NCBI RefSeq assembly: GCF_964194025.1
Contig: NC_134468.1
Coordinates: 7,192,001 to 7,256,000, forward strand
DNA from: Convolutriloba macropyga
Lineage: Eukaryota
Length of the DNA: 64,000 nt
Direction: 5' to 3'
The position numbers were made by a program, and so were the translations under genes. This document shows positions 58,763 through 64,000 of this stretch, in pieces. The notes under the pieces were generated by a model, which saw only the letters and a list, made by a program, of their open reading frames with translations, did no database searches and was not told the DNA's origin. Position 1 is the first letter of the stretch. Every line of letters begins with the position of its first letter.

Positions 58763-61700
58763 CAAGCAAGCATTTTTGTACTTGAAGTCTTTTTCATTGA
58801 TTCACTCTGCAAATGTCATTTTTTTAAAATTGGTTTTCGTTGTGGCGTTCTTATGAAAAAACTGTAAAAGATCAATTTCAAAAACATGGCGATTGCCGGC
58901 ACACAACAACAAAACAAAACAAAGTACCGTTGTAACTAATTTACAGTTCTTTCCTGTTTACTTTGAAATTTTGGAATAGACCTTTGTTATGCAGGTTAAT
59001 GAAAACCGCACCGTATATTTTCCCTTTTACGAAACATAGTTTTATATTGGGCTGTCACAGATTCAGAATTGATCTACTACCGCATTTTAAGTAAACTTTG
59101 GGCTAAATTTCTCCTTTTTTGTTTGTCGGCTAAACGCCCTGTCGGCCCGGCTCTATCTTAAGCGTCTGCTTTCTACTCTCATATTCTGGGCTCACATCGT
59201 TGAACGTGAATCCACAACAGGCGTTTCTGCTCTCATGTGTCCCGTATGCTCTATGAAAGGGAGTCTTACCAATCTTTGTTGGTTAAAATTATTTCTCCGT
59301 TTCTGAAGTTGTTTCAAAACTTCTGAGCCACAAAATAAAACATTTTGGATATGAAATTTCGGTCTTCTTTCGGTTGCGACATGTAGGGAACTTTTGAAAA
59401 GTTTTTGTCTTTCTGGTGATTATTTTGGTTTATTGACCATTGAGTTACTGTACTTCAAACGACTAAAACCTATTTAAAATCATCAAACGACTAAAACCAA
59501 TATCTTTAAAAATCTTTAAATCACTTCAGCTGATTATCCAAAAAGAATAATCAAAAAAGTTCCATTGAAAGGTTGGAACAATTTACTGCATTTTTCAAGA
59601 GAATATTTGTGTCAGTTGTATCCTCTGTGAAATCAATGAGACCTTAATCGCTATTAGAAACTGATAAAACCTGTGTCTTAGTCAAAGCAGAACTATTACT
59701 TTTTTAGAACAGAATCGAAAAATTTTTTAATATATTGTAAAACATATTGTCCAAATTAATATAAAAAAATGGTTGATAATATTTTGAGATTACTTTTTTA
59801 TAAAAGTAAATCAAGACTTCCGTGATGTTTGTGAAACAAAAGTAAATTTTTAAAGGCTATTAAAATTTTATCAAAATCGAAATGATTCAGAAGACAACAT
59901 GCAGAATAAATGACACATGCTTATTTGCTTGAGGTAATTCCAATAGATTTTCTTTACCGAGTAAAAGAATAGCTGAAAATTGGAAAATTGTTTTCGTCAG
60001 TATTTTCTATGCTCTGTCTGAAATTAATTTTACCCTCATAAAACAACACTAATTTGTTGTAAACTGTCTCTTGACTACTCTTCTTGTGCTACCTGTTTTT
60101 TCTGGCTAAGTTTTTCGATTGATGTCAATTGAAAAAGTTTCCGTATTTTATCTGTTTTAAAGAAAGTTTTATCTGTAGAGCTGATGTTTTAGTGCGTTTA
60201 TCACAAAATTTTTAACTACGATACATTCGCAGACTATCTTTATTCAATCTTTTTTGATTTAATATAATAACGAAATTTTTGTTGTAGTTTTTTCGCAGTT
60301 TGTTTTACGAGAGTTCGGAAATATTAGGATTAGTTAAATTGTAGAACATGACTGGCTGAATCCAGAACAATCTGCTATGGAGAGTCTGTTCGCAGCATTT
60401 TTTTTATGTTTTCAAATCTTAAGTTTCATTTGCGAACAAAAAGTTAAATAAATTGATAATTGCCAATCCATCAGCATATGATACCCAAAAGGGGAAAACA
60501 TTTGATACATTTCTCAAAGTTCACATGTCACAACTACTTAATTTTCAACATTCAGAGTTTTTTACACGAGAAACAGTCAGAATCATTCGCTGAATCATAG
60601 TTGAAATCGCTGAATCATAGTACGTCAAAAGAATTTTGTGGTTCAGAAAAAAAAATTGACTCAAAAGATCAAAAATTTTACTTTATACTCTCCAAATATA
60701 TTGTAGCCATGTCTAAAACTTTGAGCATCTCTGATCAGTTAGTTATGCCCACACAAAAAAATAAATTTATAAACTTTATTCAACAACGGTTAAATTTTTA
60801 ACAAAAGGATTTGAAGTTCTTTTCAAAATAATGACAAAAATCGAGAAATGTAGTGTAGTAAATAAATGTTATAGGGTTCAGAACTTATTTGTTCCTCAGG
60901 AATGATGCAGAGGAAGGAAATCCTAGAATATTCCATTCTGGCGCATATCTCCATTAAGAAACTGATCGCAGCAATTCTTTCGTAAGATATCCGTTTAAAA
61001 TTGATTTTCGAAAGAGCGAAACGTTTTTAAAGATTTATTTAATTCTGAAAAAATTACAAAAAAATTTTTTTGCATGAAGCTGGAAAAGTCGGAGATACTC
61101 TAAAGGCACCCACGATTTTTGTTGGTTTTTGTAACAAAAAATAAACTCGGAGGCGATCGGACGAAAAGTTGATAAAGGAGTTAGGATGCGTTGTAGGATT
61201 TTTACAACTGTTTTCTTTCTTATGAACTGTTCTATGTCATGATCTCTTGGTCCTCCTGACTTGAGGCCTTGAGAATTGAGTTGAATGGGAATGTATTTTG
61301 ATCAAAATAAAATTTGTCAGAAAACGCGATCTAGTTTCGTTATCTTTGTTTCCTATCAGCATTTTGTTTGCAAGATAATTCCTAGCCAAATATTAATAAT
61401 AGCAAGTATCGCAATGTAACCTCATATGCAGATGTTTTTATTGCACCACTTGAGTTCATTTTAACAAAGAGAGTAGGGACTTCATTTTGCCAAAATCCGA
61501 ACTGTTTCGAACCCTTCTGAGCAACTGTAGATTTTTTGGACTCTGTCAGTCTGTAGAATTCTTCCAGATTTCTTCTTTTTACCCTCACAACGTAGCACAT
61601 GCCGTACTGTCAAGTTAATTTACTCAAGTTGGGCAGGTGGACAGTATGTTAAACTACAATGTTTTAAAGTTAAGGTTATGAGCCTGTGTGAACATTTGTG

Positions 61701-61906
61701 GCAGCAGGCGAATTCAGTTCAATTTTGCTTCAAGTTTGGTTATACCCTTAACAACTTTTGGACAAGTGTGGACAAGTGTTTCCTGTTTTTGGAGACGATT
61801 CCTGTTTTTGGACAAGTGTGGACAACGAAGATAATGTTTAAAAACGTATTTTCACATTTCGCGTTTACAGACGCTCTACAAACGTGTTTTCACATTTGTC
61901 CGCACC

Positions 61907-62227
61907 GGTGTCCGGAACACTAGCCGAGTGAATATTAGCCAAAAAAGTCAAAATTTGGCATGGTAGCAGAAATAATTGCATGAGATAATTGCGGTAAGCA
62001 AACATAAGTGGGAAGCGCAATTGTTTAACTCACTTACACATGAAAACAATGCATTGGGCCATGCCTCGAGGGCCACGGCCATGCCTCAACGGCGTATGGG
62101 ACTTGATATGAATCTATCACAACCGAACAAAATATCACGGCCGTTCTAAAATCTGATTGGTTGATAGCTCTTTTTCGGCTAATATTCCATTCGGCTAATT
62201 TTCCTTTCGGCTTTATTTCCTAGCACA
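61907..62227. mobile_element. Second fold-back/Mutator-like MITE
   Basis: TIR units gaatattagcc / ggctaatattc; 9-bp direct repeat gtccgcacc at 61898-61906 and 62228-62236; shares the terminus gtgtccgga with the 58261 element. Confidence 0.8.
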
Positions 62228-62505
62228 GTCCGCACCATCGCAGCTGTCCGTGATAGATAACAACTTGTAAATTAGAATAAAATAGAAGCAAACCTTGTTG
62301 CTGATTATTTTGAAATGTTACTCGCAATACTAATTCTGGTTTAAAAAGACAATTCCAGTGGCCAAATGCATTTTTTGCGTTACTTAAATCCACGTTTTGC
62401 ATTATCCTTTTTGTCGTGAAATAAGTGACGCAAAATAAAACTTTGTAATTTTCTGTGACTGTTGTCTACGAAATATCAAATCGCCTATAAAAGCGATTTT
62501 GACAC

Positions 62506-62908
62506 TGGGGAAAAGGGAACATGAAAAGTTCCCTTAAAAGTAATGAATTATCTTCCCACACGGGCAGAATCAACACGTGAATTGCAAAGGACACGCGAAA
62601 AAATAGCATAAACGGGAAATGACAAAAGCAACAATTCATTTGATTCTAGAAATTCGTTTGAAGTGAAATCAAACACGCAAATCAAAAAGAATTTTCATTA
62701 CTTGACATTTTTGAAGTCAAAGTTCTTTTCGATTTGCGTGTTTGATTTCACTTCAAACAAATTTCTAGAATCAAATGAATTGTTGTTTTTGTCATTTCCT
62801 GTTTATGCTATTTTTTCTCGTTTCCTTTGCAATTCACGTGTTCATTCTGCCCGTGTGGGAAGATAATTCATTACTTTTTAGGGAACTTTTCATGTTCTCT
62901 ATTCCCCA
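62506..62908. mobile_element. Almost fully palindromic MITE (arms of about 187 bp, spacer of about 30 bp)
   Basis: 62506-62692 is the reverse complement of 62723-62908 with few mismatches; no TSD identified. Confidence 0.85.
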
Positions 62909-64000
62909 TGTTTACTTCTCCTTTTCATATAGAAATCACGTTTTAATGTTTGCTCTCTAAATGTGATTTCGGTCGTTATCTAAGTCCGTGAGCAGTTTGC
63001 GTATGGCGTTGGCGATTTCTCGCGTACATTGCAGATTTTCGGTAAAATGCCATTAAATGTAATATCTTTGTCACTTTGTACTATTTGGCACTAAATTTTT
63101 TTATAGGACAGCCCGAGATAAATGAAATGTTGTACGTTCTCGGTTCCGTATATCTGCATACTTGTTTTTACATTTTCCTTTCCGCGAAAATTGACGAGAG
63201 GTACGGTGTGTACTCGGCATGACAAAGACTGAGTGTTCAGCCCCCGCCCCCTGCCTGTTATGTAGTCGGAGTCAGGATGCGCTCGAACTAAACCCTAGTT
63301 TAAGCTTGCTCGTATCCTGACCAATATTGGATGCAATTATGGTACCACGCAAAATTCTCATTCGAAAATTATGGCCATACTCACCTTAGCAATACTTACA
63401 ATATGTGATGGTAATTAGATATTAGAATAGGCCGCTAGTGCAACCACGGATAGACTTTCGTTATGCTAGTTGATAACTCGTTTATTTGCCCGATTACGAA
63501 ATACCGGATTAAGTAGCCCAATCAGAGCTTCAGAGTTAGCGTTTGTAGGCAATTTTTTTTTGGTGTTTGTCCGCTAGACGTCCGGTCGGCCAAGACGGTG
63601 GGCACAGTTAAAGCAGTTTAATTTTTCATATCCTAGGCGGACCATTAAAATCGGCTTTACTGCCTTCATACTCCCGTTTTTTAAACAATTTGAGTGCGTG
63701 AGCAGTAACTGAATAGCTCCGACCTGCTGCAAAAGTTGTTAAAAGGTCAATCAGATAAGAATTCATATCGACCATTTAATGCTGACTTTTCCAGGTGACC
63801 TAGTGCAAGGTTTAAAATGAGTTTTCCTGACAATAAATTAGCAAAAATAAACCCTATTCAAATAAATTCTAAGCCGAGATGAGAAGATGAGAAAAAGAAA
63901 CAAGTTTAGATTCAGTACAAAGTTCAGATCAACTCTTTTCATAGTATTTCAAGAGGCAATATTTGCAAAAATCAACTCCCTGTAAATTCAAGCAAAATCC

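Noticed and set aside
58555-58867. ORFs with RQNSP / GTVLS / WDCFV repeats; CRISPR-like look
   Set aside because: These are translations of the 15-bp tandem units of a MITE TIR; there are no unique spacers, so this is neither a CRISPR array nor a gene.
59250-61610. Possible small exons (61420-61606 minus, about 59270-59325 minus, about 60900-60981 plus)
   Set aside because: Plausible splice sites but no recognisable protein motif and no consistent strand; cannot be supported without transcripts.

Overview
AT-rich eukaryotic (invertebrate-like) genomic DNA with spliceosomal introns and many decayed transposons. (1) Positions 1-29902 are one giant inverted duplication: arms of at least 14.4 kb, a 42-bp spacer at 14399-14440, and a left arm that runs off the window. 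Its core is a nested stack of four decayed retroelements (Penelope-like, CRE-like non-LTR, env-bearing Ty3/gypsy, Ty1/copia), each missing the half that would lie across the fold-back point. (2) The outer arms carry two head-to-head copies of a spliced gene. On the right it can be assembled with phase-compatible GT-AG junctions into a 556-aa RING finger + apolipoprotein-L-like + acidic linker + GxDPP-domain protein (exons 23680-23834, 23901-24041, 28884-29146, 29591-29987, 41645-42359). (3) A complete two-exon RPAP1 gene (32473-35775 + 40826-41026) lies inside the last predicted intron of that gene, on the same strand. (4) An intronless SLC2A/GLUT-like transporter with a strongly altered sugar-binding site is at 53448-55109. 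(5) The rest holds three Helentron/DINE-1-like non-autonomous elements, a repeat family with an internal tRNA-like segment, fold-back MITEs with 9-bp TSDs and a near-identical 617-bp tandem duplication. All family calls come from motifs recognised by eye; no searches were run.
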